DNA of 53,111 nucleotides, taken from NCBI GenBank assembly GCA_963764715.1, contig CAVXTP010000025.1, forward strand, positions 1 through 53,111, read 5' to 3'. The first letter of the stretch is position 1, and every line of letters starts with the position of its first letter. Source of the DNA: an uncultured Acidobacteriota bacterium (GTDB taxonomy: Bacteria > Acidobacteriota > Thermoanaerobaculia > UBA5066 > Gp7-AA6). This document shows positions 9,291-17,970 of the stretch, one piece after another. A program made the translations under genes and the position numbers. The notes under the pieces are model-generated. The model was not told the DNA's origin, did not search any database, and saw only the letters and a program-made list of their open reading frames with translations.

Positions 9291-11663
9291 ATGACGAAAG
9301 CCATGACAGGGGTCCGATCGACCGTCCTCGGCCTCGCGCTGGGCGCGCTGTGCGGCCAGACGGCAGGCGCGCAGGAAGTTCTGCCCTTCGCGCCTGCGCC
9401 GTCCGGCTCCACTGCGGGGCTGACGATGAAGGATTCCACCTACAAGAAGCGGGTCGAACCGAAGCATCTGGCCGATGGAGCTCCGAACATCCTGATCATC
9501 CTGATGGACGACGTGGGACCGGGCACGCCCTCGACCTACGGCGGCGAGATCGACACGCCGACGCTCGATCGCGTGGCGAAGATTGGCGTCTCGTTCAATC
9601 GCTTCCACTCCACGGGCATGTGCTCGCCCACGCGCGCCGCCCTCCTGACCGGACGGAACCACACCCGGGTCGGCAATGGCCAGATTTCGGCGATTGCCAA
9701 CGACTTCGACGGCTTCAGCGGAACGATTCCGAAGTCGTCGGCGACCGTCGCCGAAGTGCTCAAGGACTACGGCTACAACACCGGGGCCTGGGGCAAGTGG
9801 CACAACACGCCCGAGGAGCAGATCACGTCCAAGGGTCCGTTCGACTACTGGCCGACCGGCTATGGCTTCGAGTACTTCTACGGGTTCCTGGCCGGCGAGG
9901 CCTCGCAGTACGAGCCGACCCTGACACGCAACACCACCCAGGTCACCGAGGAGCTCCCCAAGGGTTACCACCTGACCGACGACATCGCGTCCGACGCGAT
10001 CCACTGGCTGCGTGAACAGAAGGCCTTCGCACCGGACAAGCCGTTCTTCATGTACTGGGCGCCGGGCGCATCGCACGGCCCGCACCAGGTCATGAAGGCA
10101 TGGGCCGACAAGTACAAGGGCAAGTTCGACGACGGCTGGGACAAGTACCGCGAGCGCGTTTTCGCGCGTGCCAAGGCCAGGGGCTGGATTCCCCAGGACG
10201 CCCGGCTCACGCCGCGCCCCGCTTCCATGGCTTCCTGGGACTCGATCCCCGAGGCCGAAAGGCCGTTCCAGCGCCGGCTGATGGAGGTCTTTGCCGGGTT
10301 TACCGCGCACGCCGACTACAACGCCGGCCGGGTCATCGACGAGATCGAGAAGCAGGGGAAGCTCGACAACACGTTGATCTTCTACATCTGGGGCGACAAC
10401 GGATCCTCGTCGGAGGGCTTGAACGGAACCATCAGCGAGCAGCTCGCGCAGAACGGGATTCCGACCAGGATCTCGCAACACATCGAGGCGTTGAACGAGC
10501 TCGGCGGCCTCGACGCACTTGGCGGCCCGAAGACCGACAACATGTACAACGCCGGATGGGCTTGGGCGGGCAGCACCCCGTACAAGGGCACCAAGCTGAT
10601 GGGGGCCTACTTCGGCGGCATCCGACAACCGATGGCGGTCGCCTGGCCCAACCGCATCAAGGCCGAACCGACGGCCCGGCCGCAGTTCCACCACGTGATC
10701 GACATCGTCCCGACGATCTACGAGTTGACGAAGATCACCCCGCCCCGGGTGGTGAACGGGTTCGAGCAGGACTCGATCGACGGCGTCAGCATGGTCTACG
10801 CGTTCGGCGATCCCAAAGCGCCGGGGACGCGGAAGACCCAGTTCTTCGACATCATGGCCAGCCGCGGGATCTACGACGCCGGCTGGTTCGCGAGCGCCCC
10901 GGGCCCGCGTGAGCCGTGGGTGGGCGGAATGCCGAAAGGCATCAAGGAGTGGTCCCCCCTCACCGACAAGTGGGAGCTCTACAACATCACGGAGGATTGG
11001 AGCCAGGCGAACGACCTCGGCGCTGCGAATCCGCAGAAGCTCGAGGAGATGAAGGACCTGTTCCTTCTCGAGTCCACGAAGAACAAAAACCTCCCCATCG
11101 GCGGCGGCATGTGGTCCACGGCGATGTTCCATCCGGAGGACGCCCCCGCCTCGTCGCTCACCGAATGGACTTTCGATGCGCCCATCACCCGGATGCCCGA
11201 ATCGGCCGCGCCCAAGCTCGGCAAGGTCGACAGCCTCGTGACCATGGATGTGGACGTGCCGGCGAACGCCAACGGCGTGCTGTACGCGCTGGCCGGCTTC
11301 TCCGGAGGCGTCACCTGCTACGTGAAGGACGGCATTCTCAGCTACGAGTTCAACCTGTTCGAGGTCCAACGCACGAAGATCAAGGCCAGGGAGAAGCTGC
11401 CGACCGGCAAAGTCAAGGTCGAGGTCGAATCGAAGCTGGCCGCGGCCATCGGGGGCCCGATGAACGTCACCCTGAAGGTGAATGGCGCCGTGGTCGGCCA
11501 GGGCCAGGTGCCGGCCGCCATGTCGCTCCACTTCACGTCCAACGCCACGTTCGATATCGGACGGGATCTGGATTCGCCCGTGTCGCTCGACTACTTCGAC
11601 CAGGCGCCGTTCGCGTTCAACGGGGCGATCGGCACGACGAAGATTTCGTATCTGAAGAAATAG
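9291..11663 (+). CDS. Arylsulfatase (Cys-type, secreted), paralog of 3041-5446
   Basis: PNILIILMDDVG, CSPTRAALLTGR, GKWH; colinear with the first sulfatase. Confidence 0.95.
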   Translation: MTKAMTGVRSTVLGLALGALCGQTAGAQEVLPFAPAPSGSTAGLTMKDSTYKKRVEPKHLADGAPNILIILMDDVGPGTPSTYGGEIDTPTLDRVAKIGVSFNRFHSTGMCSPTRAALLTGRNHTRVGNGQISAIANDFDGFSGTIPKSSATVAEVLKDYGYNTGAWGKWHNTPEEQITSKGPFDYWPTGYGFEYFYGFLAGEASQYEPTLTRNTTQVTEELPKGYHLTDDIASDAIHWLREQKAFAPDKPFFMYWAPGASHGPHQVMKAWADKYKGKFDDGWDKYRERVFARAKARGWIPQDARLTPRPASMASWDSIPEAERPFQRRLMEVFAGFTAHADYNAGRVIDEIEKQGKLDNTLIFYIWGDNGSSSEGLNGTISEQLAQNGIPTRISQHIEALNELGGLDALGGPKTDNMYNAGWAWAGSTPYKGTKLMGAYFGGIRQPMAVAWPNRIKAEPTARPQFHHVIDIVPTIYELTKITPPRVVNGFEQDSIDGVSMVYAFGDPKAPGTRKTQFFDIMASRGIYDAGWFASAPGPREPWVGGMPKGIKEWSPLTDKWELYNITEDWSQANDLGAANPQKLEEMKDLFLLESTKNKNLPIGGGMWSTAMFHPEDAPASSLTEWTFDAPITRMPESAAPKLGKVDSLVTMDVDVPANANGVLYALAGFSGGVTCYVKDGILSYEFNLFEVQRTKIKAREKLPTGKVKVEVESKLAAAIGGPMNVTLKVNGAVVGQGQVPAAMSLHFTSNATFDIGRDLDSPVSLDYFDQAPFAFNGAIGTTKISYLKK

Positions 11664-11668
11664 GAATC

Positions 11669-11704
11669 CGATGACCGCCGCGGCATACGCCCGCGCGGTC
11701 ATCG
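11669..11704 (+). other. Intergenic stem-loop (possible mRNA stabiliser or weak terminator)
   Basis: CGATGACCGC (11669-78) / GCGGTCATCG (11695-704) perfect 10-bp inverted repeat; no U-tract. Confidence 0.45.
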
Positions 11705-11771
11705 CGCAGAGAGCTTGAATGCAGAAGGCCCGGGGTGTGCCGGTCCTCGACACAGGAAGGGTGAGACAAAC

Positions 11772-12086
11772 ATGGTCAGCCCGATCATCCAGCTCATCAG
11801 CGGCGCCGTCGCCGGTAACGTTGCCGGGAACCTCTTGAAGAAACTCGATCTCGGCCTGGAGGGCAACTCGATCGCCGGGACCGTCGGCGGCGCGCTGGGC
11901 GGCCAGATCCTCGGCATCCTGACCACGGGCGGGACTGTGGCGGCCACGGACGGCGGCATGGACCCTGGGTCGATCATCGGAAGCGTCCTCGGCGGAGGCA
12001 TCGGCGGCGGTGTGCTGATGGCCATCATCGGCGCCATCAAGTCGGCGATGAGCAGCAAGTCGGCCCGGGTTCTGCGGCGCCCATGA
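11772..12086 (+). CDS. Small glycine-zipper membrane protein
   Basis: MVSPIIQLISGAVAGNVAG...GNSIAGTVGGALGGQILG...GGGIGGGVLMAIIGAIK. Confidence 0.8.
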   Translation: MVSPIIQLISGAVAGNVAGNLLKKLDLGLEGNSIAGTVGGALGGQILGILTTGGTVAATDGGMDPGSIIGSVLGGGIGGGVLMAIIGAIKSAMSSKSARVLRRP

Positions 12087-12116
12087 GAACAGCGGCCTGA
12101 TCCGGAGGAACTGAAC

Positions 12117-12959
12117 ATGACGGCGAATCTGGTCCTCGTCCTGAAGCTCGCGATCGTGACGCTCATTTTCGCGGTCGGGCTCGGGTCGACGCCTGCCGAC
12201 CTCATGTACCTCTGGCGGCGTCCGAAGGAGCTCCTGCGCTCCCTCCTGGCGATGTACGTGGCGGTGCCCCTCGTCGCCCTGCTCGTGGCCAAGACGCTGC
12301 CGCTCGGGGTCGCGGTCAAGACGGCGATCCTCGTCCTCGCCATCTCGGCCGGTGCGCCGTTGCTGCCGAAGAAGCTGATGAAGATCGGTCGGAAAGGCTA
12401 CGTGTTCAGCCTGGTCGTCGCGTCGTCGCTCCTAGCCGTCGTGGTCGTGCCCGCCTGGCTGGCCATTCTCGGCCCCCTCTTCGGCCGGGACGCTTCCGTG
12501 GAGCCTCGCGCGGTGGCCCTCATCATCGCGAAGGCGTTCCTCGCTCCCCTGCTCGCGGGCATGATCCTCCGGCGGCCGCTCGCCAAGATCGCCGAGCGTC
12601 TGTCCGAACGAATTCTGGGCGTGGCGGGCGCCGCCCTTCTCGTGGCCGGCGTCGCGTTACTGGTGCTGCACTGGCGCCTGCTCGTCGAGGTCGGCTGGGG
12701 CCCGCTCCTGGCGCTCGTGGGAATGACCGCAGTGGCCCTTGCGATCGGGCACGTCTTGGGCGGACCCGATCCCTCGGACCGCACGGCGCTCGCCATCTCC
12801 TGCGCGAGCCGCCACGTCGGAATCGCGATGCTCGCGGCCTCGACCGTGCCAGGTCCGAAGACCGTCGCCCTCGTCCTGGCGTATTCCCTCGCCTCGGCGG
12901 CCGTCTCGATCCCGTACCTGAAGTGGCGACAGCGCTCGCCCGCGCTCGCAAAGGGTTAG
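12117..12959 (+). CDS. Bile acid:sodium symporter (BASS)-family transporter
   Basis: GGAGG RBS; about 9 hydrophobic segments; AISAGAPLLP, LGGPDPSDRTALAISCASRHVGIA. Confidence 0.8.
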   Translation: MTANLVLVLKLAIVTLIFAVGLGSTPADLMYLWRRPKELLRSLLAMYVAVPLVALLVAKTLPLGVAVKTAILVLAISAGAPLLPKKLMKIGRKGYVFSLVVASSLLAVVVVPAWLAILGPLFGRDASVEPRAVALIIAKAFLAPLLAGMILRRPLAKIAERLSERILGVAGAALLVAGVALLVLHWRLLVEVGWGPLLALVGMTAVALAIGHVLGGPDPSDRTALAISCASRHVGIAMLAASTVPGPKTVALVLAYSLASAAVSIPYLKWRQRSPALAKG

Positions 12960-12970
12960 CGACGCATTCC

Positions 12971-12998
12971 GCCTACCGCCTACTGCTTACTGCTTACT
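12971..12998. repeat. Heptamer tandem repeat GCYTACY x4
   Basis: GCCTACC GCCTACT GCTTACT GCTTACT abutting the tRNA CCA end. Confidence 0.8.
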
Positions 12999-13073
12999 GG
13001 CTGTGGGGGGTGGAATCGAACCACCAACCTTCCGGTTAACAGCCGGACGTTGTACCAATTCAACTACCCCACA
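12998..13073 (-). tRNA. tRNA-Asn (GTT)
   Basis: Minus strand: TGTGGGG acceptor paired with CCCCACA, anticodon arm CCGGCT-GTT-AACCGG, T arm GGTGG TTCGATT CCACC, encoded CCA; 76 nt. Confidence 0.97.
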
Positions 13074-13085
13074 ACCGCACGTCCA

Positions 13086-13940
13086 TCATAACGGCGGAAG
13101 GAACGGGATGACGCGGGATGCGAGGGGCTCGGGAATCGCCGAGAGCGCGGTCAGGATCTCCTCGGGCCGGTAGCGCTGCGAGAAGTGCGTCAGGACGACG
13201 GCTTCGTTCTCGAAACGGTCGGCGCGCGCCAGGATGTCGTCGAGGTGGATGTGCGCGTACTCGCGCGCGCGGCCGACGTCCTCGGGCAGGACGAACGAGC
13301 ACTCGAGCAGGAGCACGCGGGCGCGGAGGATCTCCGGCGCGGCGTCGAAGATCTCCGCGGAGCAATCCCCCGGGTACGCGAAAAGAGGGATCTCCTCGCG
13401 GCGCGTGACCTCGACGCCCTTCCTCCGGAGAGCGGCGATCTCCTCCCCGCCGTGACCCGCGAGCTCGTCGATGAGCTTGTGCCGGACCTCGGAGAAAAGA
13501 TAGCCGACCGTCGGGACGCGATGCCTCCCCGGCAGCACGCTCAGGGACAGGTCGTTTCGAAGGGCGATACGGTCGCCCGGGGCCGCGGCGACGATCTCGG
13601 TCCCGTACTCGATGTCCTCGAGCCGCTCGCAGGCCGCGACCCAGGCCTCGACGTCCTTCGCCGCCTCGGCCGGGACGAAGACGCGGGCCGCGGGCAGGCG
13701 GGCGAGCCGCCGGCGCGAGGCGTGGTGGGCGAGCCCGGCCATGTGGTCGAGGTGTCCGTGCGAGACGCAGACGTCGGCGTAGCCGACCGTGTCCTCCGGC
13801 GCGCGGCCGAACTCGAGCAGGGCACGGAACTGCGGGACCTTGTAGAAGGACTCGTGCCCCGCGATCGAGACGCCCTCGATCGAGATGCCCGCGGCCTCGA
13901 TCGAAACCCGGCCGCGGCCGGGCATGTAGTCCGCGGTCAT
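13086..13940 (-). CDS. MBL-fold hydrolase, short-form RNase Z-like
   Basis: SHGHLDH motif, PGD, ECSF, HIH, LTHFSQRY; short TM-type exosite KLIDELAGHGGEEIAALRRKGVEVT. Confidence 0.8.
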   Translation of the reverse strand: MTADYMPGRGRVSIEAAGISIEGVSIAGHESFYKVPQFRALLEFGRAPEDTVGYADVCVSHGHLDHMAGLAHHASRRRLARLPAARVFVPAEAAKDVEAWVAACERLEDIEYGTEIVAAAPGDRIALRNDLSLSVLPGRHRVPTVGYLFSEVRHKLIDELAGHGGEEIAALRRKGVEVTRREEIPLFAYPGDCSAEIFDAAPEILRARVLLLECSFVLPEDVGRAREYAHIHLDDILARADRFENEAVVLTHFSQRYRPEEILTALSAIPEPLASRVIPFLPPL

Positions 13941-13979
13941 CCGCGCGAGAGTAGCCCAGGGCGCTCGGCCCCGGACGGA

Positions 13980-14144
13980 TCAGCGCGCGGTCACGACCCG
14001 GGGAGGGCTCGGCGCCGCCGTCGGCGCGCCGCGAAGCCGGCCTCCGAGCGCGCTGACCGCGATCGACGCGGCGCCCGCCCAGACCAGGGCCGCCACCGCC
14101 AGCACGAGCGCGAGCTTCATCGACCAGCCTGCGGTTGTCTTCAT
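13980..14144 (-). CDS. Small 54-aa membrane/secreted peptide (not in ORF track)
   Basis: GGGAGAG RBS, MKTTAGWSMKLALVLAVAALVWAGAASIAVSALGGRLRGAPTAAPSPPRVVTAR*. Confidence 0.55.
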   Translation of the reverse strand: MKTTAGWSMKLALVLAVAALVWAGAASIAVSALGGRLRGAPTAAPSPPRVVTAR

Positions 14145-14319
14145 CGTCGTGTGCTCTCCCCGGCTCTTCGAGAGGGCAAAGCGCGTACCACGCGGCCAGG
14201 CCCCGTGTAACTCGCTGCCCGCGAGGGAGATCGGCGACCGGGCGAGGCAGGCTTCCGGGAGGAAAGATGCCTGCCTGTCACCGACGGTGACAGCCGCTTC
14301 CCGCGCTACCCTTCCCGCC

Positions 14320-15363
14320 GTGCGCGTCGACCTCTTCGACTACGAGCTCCCGGCCGACCGGATCGCCCAGGAGGCTCGCCCGCGCGGCTCGAGCCGTCTG
14401 ATGACGCTCGATCGGCGGACCGGCGAGGTCGGGCACCGGCGCTTCGCGGAGCTCCCGCAGCTTCTCCGCGAGGGGGACCTCCTGGTGCGCAACGACGTGC
14501 GCGTGCGGCCGGCCCGGCTCTACGGCCGGGACGCGGCGGGGCGCCTCGTCGAGATCTTTCTCCTCGAGAGGCGCGATCCGAACTGCTCCCGCTGGCTCGC
14601 CCTCGCCAAGCCCGGCCGGCGCGCCAAACGCGGCGGCCGGATCGCGTTCGACGAGGGATTGAACGCCGAGGTCACGGATGTCGACGACGACGGAGGACGC
14701 ACCGTCGCCTTCGATCGGCCGCTCGACGAGTCGCTCCTCGAGCGGATCGGCCACGTTCCCCTGCCGCCCTACATCCGCCGCGAGGCCGGCTCGCCCGACC
14801 GCCCCGAGGACCGGTCGGCCTACCAGACCGTCTTCGCGCGCGAGCCCCTGGCGGTCGCGGCGCCGACGGCCGGCCTCCACTTCACGGAGGAGATCCTGTC
14901 GGCGATCCGCGCGCGCGGCGTCGAGATCGCCGACCTGACCCTCGCGGTCGGCGCCGGCACCTTCAAGCCGGTGACCTCCGAGGACACCGAGGAGCACGTG
15001 CTGCCTCCGGAGCACGTCGTCATTCCCGGCGCCACGCGCGACGCGATGGAACGGGCGCGGGGGGCGGGCCGCCGGATCGTCGCCGTCGGAACGACCGTCG
15101 CCCGTTCGCTCGAGGCCGCGGCCCGCCGGACGGACGCGCCGCCCCGCGGCGATCTCGCCTTCGAGACGGACCTCTTCATCACCCCGGGCTTCGAGTTTCG
15201 CGCCGTCGACGCGCTGCTGACCAACTTCCACCTGCCGCGCTCGACGCTCCTCATGCTCGTGTCCGCGTTCGCCGGTCGCGAGCGCGTCCTCGACGCCTAT
15301 GCCCAGGCCGTGCGGAGCGGCTACCTGTTCTACTCCTTCGGCGACGCCATGCTCATCCAGTGA
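14320..15363 (+). CDS. queA: S-adenosylmethionine:tRNA ribosyltransferase-isomerase
   Basis: FDYELP..IAQ, PLPPYI, YQTVFA, AVAAPTAGLHFT, VGAGTF, TNFHLPRSTL, YSFGDAM; GTG start. Confidence 0.96.
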   Translation: MRVDLFDYELPADRIAQEARPRGSSRLMTLDRRTGEVGHRRFAELPQLLREGDLLVRNDVRVRPARLYGRDAAGRLVEIFLLERRDPNCSRWLALAKPGRRAKRGGRIAFDEGLNAEVTDVDDDGGRTVAFDRPLDESLLERIGHVPLPPYIRREAGSPDRPEDRSAYQTVFAREPLAVAAPTAGLHFTEEILSAIRARGVEIADLTLAVGAGTFKPVTSEDTEEHVLPPEHVVIPGATRDAMERARGAGRRIVAVGTTVARSLEAAARRTDAPPRGDLAFETDLFITPGFEFRAVDALLTNFHLPRSTLLMLVSAFAGRERVLDAYAQAVRSGYLFYSFGDAMLIQ

Positions 15364-15392
15364 TCGCCGCCGGGCCATAGAATGACCCGAGC

Positions 15393-16829
15393 ATGAAGGC
15401 CGGACCGCGGTGGATCGGATACCCCGCGTCGGTGCTGATCGTCGCCGCGACGGTTGGGCTGCTCAAGCTCTTCCCGGCGCTCACGGACTCCTCGGTGGCC
15501 CTTCTGCTGCTGCTCGCGGTCTTCTTCTGCGCCTCCCTCTGGCAGAGCGGGCCGGGCGTGCTGGCCGCCCTTCTCGCGACACTCGGGTTCAACTTCTTCT
15601 TCCTGCCGCCGCTCTACACGTTCACGATCCAGGACCCGCGCAACGTCGCGGCTCTGTTCGTCTTCCTGGTCTCGGGTCTCCTCATCGGAAGGCTCTCCGC
15701 GCTCTCCCGGCGTCGCCTCGAGCTGCTCGAGACCGAACGCCGCGATCTGATCGCGCTGACGAAGCTTTCGCAGGGTTTTCTCTCCGACACGAACCGCGAA
15801 ACGCTGCTCGGCGTCGCCGCCGACCGGCTGCGGCAGGCCCTCGTGTGCGAACAGGTCGCCATCCTGATCGCGGACGACAAAGGGCAGCTCTCCCAGCGGA
15901 TCGAGACGACGAAGGTCTCGTATCGCGAGGACATCGCCGAGCTCGCCTTCCGACAGGGCAACTCGGCGGCGTTCCCGTCGGAGCTCGGCGGCACGGACAT
16001 CTACCTTCCGGTCCCCGTCGGCCTTCAGCGCGCGGGGGTGCTGGTCGCCCGGGGCTTGCGCGCGAGCGAACGCATGGCCGAGGCCTGCGCGCTCCTGCTC
16101 GGCCTCGCCGTGGAGCGCGAGCGCTTCCTGCGCCTGACGCTCGTGGCCGAGGAGACGCGGACGAGCGAGCAGATGAAGTCGACGCTCCTCGCCCAGCTGG
16201 CTCACGACCTCAAGACGCCGGTCGCGGCCGCGCTCGGCGCGATCGAGAACTGGGAGGCGGGAAGCGGCGGCTCCGACGCCGCGCGGCTCGCCCGGGAGCA
16301 GCTCACGTCGCTTTCCCGCCGCGTGACGGAGCTGATGGACGTCGTCCGCCTGGACTCGGGCGCCGCGCGGCCGCGCCCCGAACGCGTCGGCTGCGGAGAG
16401 ATCGTCGAAGCCGCCGTCGCCCGCTTCGGCGAGTCGCTCGCGGACCATACCCTCGTCATCGAACCGCCACCGCTCGACGCGCTGGTGGAGGTCGACCCGG
16501 CCCAGCTCACCGAGGCGCTCGGGCACGGCCTGGAGAACGCCGCGCGTTATTCCCCTCCGGGGTCGACGATTCAGGTCGCGATCGTCGCCGACGCGCAAGC
16601 GGTCTACATTCGGGTGGCGGACCAGGGCCGCGGCGTCCCGCCGGCCGACCGCGATCGCGTCTTCGAGCGCTTCGTCCGCCTCGACGACGCGCGCGACGTT
16701 CCCGGTAGCGGTCTGGGCCTCTTCATCGCCCGCAGCCTCGTCGCGTTGAACGGCGGCCGCCTGCGCCTCGCCGAGGCCGAGGGCGGCGGAACGCTCTTCG
16801 AGATCGCGCTGCCGCGGAGCGCCGCGTGA
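15393..16829 (+). CDS. kdpD: KdpD-type sensor histidine kinase, C-terminal half (DUF4118 TM + HisKA/HATPase)
   Basis: FNFFFLPPLYTFTIQDP, AHDLKTP H-box, ENAARYS, DQGRG, GSGLGL; lacks the N-terminal KdpD/Usp domains. Confidence 0.85.
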   Translation: MKAGPRWIGYPASVLIVAATVGLLKLFPALTDSSVALLLLLAVFFCASLWQSGPGVLAALLATLGFNFFFLPPLYTFTIQDPRNVAALFVFLVSGLLIGRLSALSRRRLELLETERRDLIALTKLSQGFLSDTNRETLLGVAADRLRQALVCEQVAILIADDKGQLSQRIETTKVSYREDIAELAFRQGNSAAFPSELGGTDIYLPVPVGLQRAGVLVARGLRASERMAEACALLLGLAVERERFLRLTLVAEETRTSEQMKSTLLAQLAHDLKTPVAAALGAIENWEAGSGGSDAARLAREQLTSLSRRVTELMDVVRLDSGAARPRPERVGCGEIVEAAVARFGESLADHTLVIEPPPLDALVEVDPAQLTEALGHGLENAARYSPPGSTIQVAIVADAQAVYIRVADQGRGVPPADRDRVFERFVRLDDARDVPGSGLGLFIARSLVALNGGRLRLAEAEGGGTLFEIALPRSAA

Positions 16830-17506
16830 GTCGGGTCCTGGTGGCGGACGACGAGCCGGCGCTGCGAAAAGTCGTTCGCGACGCCTTCGAGCGGGAAGGC
16901 CACGAGGTCGTGGCCGTGATCGACGGCCAGGAGGCCCTCGAGCGTTTCGAGGAGGGCGGCTTCGATCTCGTCGTCACGGACCTGGCGATGCCCAAACTCG
17001 GCGGCCTCGAGCTCGTCCAGGAGATCCGGCGGCGGCGCGCCGCGACCCCGATCCTGGTCCTGACGGTCAGGAGCGAAGAGCGCGAGAAGGTGCGCCTCCT
17101 CGACGCGGGCGCCGACGATTTCGTGACGAAGCCCTTTGGCGTGGCGGAGCTGCTCGCCCGCGCCCGCGCGCTCCTCCGTCGCCGGGAGCCGGCAAAGCCC
17201 GCTCTCGCGCGCTGGGGGGACATCGAGGTCGACCCGGAATCGCGCACGGTGAAGAAACGCGGGCGCGCAGTGCACCTGACTCCGCTCGAGTTCTCGATCC
17301 TGCTGGCGCTGCTCGGCAAGCCCGGAGCAGTCTGGACGCACCGCCAGCTCCTCGCCGCGGTCTGGGGGACCACGGCGGGCGTCACGAACGACACCCTGCG
17401 CGTGCACATGGGAAGCCTGCGGCGAAAGCTCGAGGACGATCCCAACCGGCCGCGCTGGTTCCGCACGGAGCCCTGGGTGGGCTACCGGTTCGCGCCGGAA
17501 GGCTGA
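16826..17506 (+). CDS. kdpE: KdpE-type OmpR-family response regulator
   Basis: LDAGADDFVTKPFG, THRQLL..VWG, LRVHMGSLRRKLEDDPNRP..FRTEPWVGYRF. Confidence 0.9.
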   Translation: MSRVLVADDEPALRKVVRDAFEREGHEVVAVIDGQEALERFEEGGFDLVVTDLAMPKLGGLELVQEIRRRRAATPILVLTVRSEEREKVRLLDAGADDFVTKPFGVAELLARARALLRRREPAKPALARWGDIEVDPESRTVKKRGRAVHLTPLEFSILLALLGKPGAVWTHRQLLAAVWGTTAGVTNDTLRVHMGSLRRKLEDDPNRPRWFRTEPWVGYRFAPEG

Positions 17507-17622
17507 GCGCCCGGCTCCCCGTCTCCCGTGGCGGCCCCCGGGGGTCCGGCTGATCCAGTTGAATCACGCCCGCACGGGCCGAGTGGAAGAGGCTCGCCTC
17601 ATGGAGGCTTCGTCTTTCGCGT

Positions 17623-17649
17623 TTCTTTCGGCCTTCCTCCGGACTTCTT
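17623..17649 (+). promoter_or_regulatory. 27-bp box copy 1, candidate KdpE site
   Basis: TTCTTTCGGCCTTCCTCCGGACTTCTT; one mismatch to copy 2; ATG 28 nt downstream. Confidence 0.6.
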
Positions 17650-17676
17650 GGCGCGCCGGGACCGAGGATTCGCCTC

Positions 17677-17970
17677 ATGGCGCCCTTCCGAGTCGTCGCC
17701 GCCGCCATCGCTCGTCTGCTCGCCGGCATCGCCGCGTGGGCCAGCCTCCTTCTCGCCGCAACGTCCTTTCGCGACCCGGGCCCGGGGCGCACCCTCATCC
17801 TTTTGGCGTTTGCCGGCCTGGGCGCGGGCATCCACGCCTGCACCCGGACCCTGGTCCGTGGCGCCTCTGAAAGACGCGACAGCGGCCGATCCCCGCACCC
17901 CGGTTCTTTGGAGTTCTTTCGCCCTTCCTCCGGACTTCTTTCTGGCCCGCGACGCACCATCGACCCATGA
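17677..17970 (+). CDS. Hypothetical small membrane protein (2 hydrophobic segments)
   Basis: 97 aa; start positioned after box 1 as the next ORF is after box 2; stop overlaps the next ATG. Confidence 0.4.
   Translation: MAPFRVVAAAIARLLAGIAAWASLLLAATSFRDPGPGRTLILLAFAGLGAGIHACTRTLVRGASERRDSGRSPHPGSLEFFRPSSGLLSGPRRTIDP
17914..17940 (+). promoter_or_regulatory. 27-bp box copy 2, candidate KdpE site
   Basis: TTCTTTCGCCCTTCCTCCGGACTTCTT; ATG 27 nt downstream. Confidence 0.6.
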
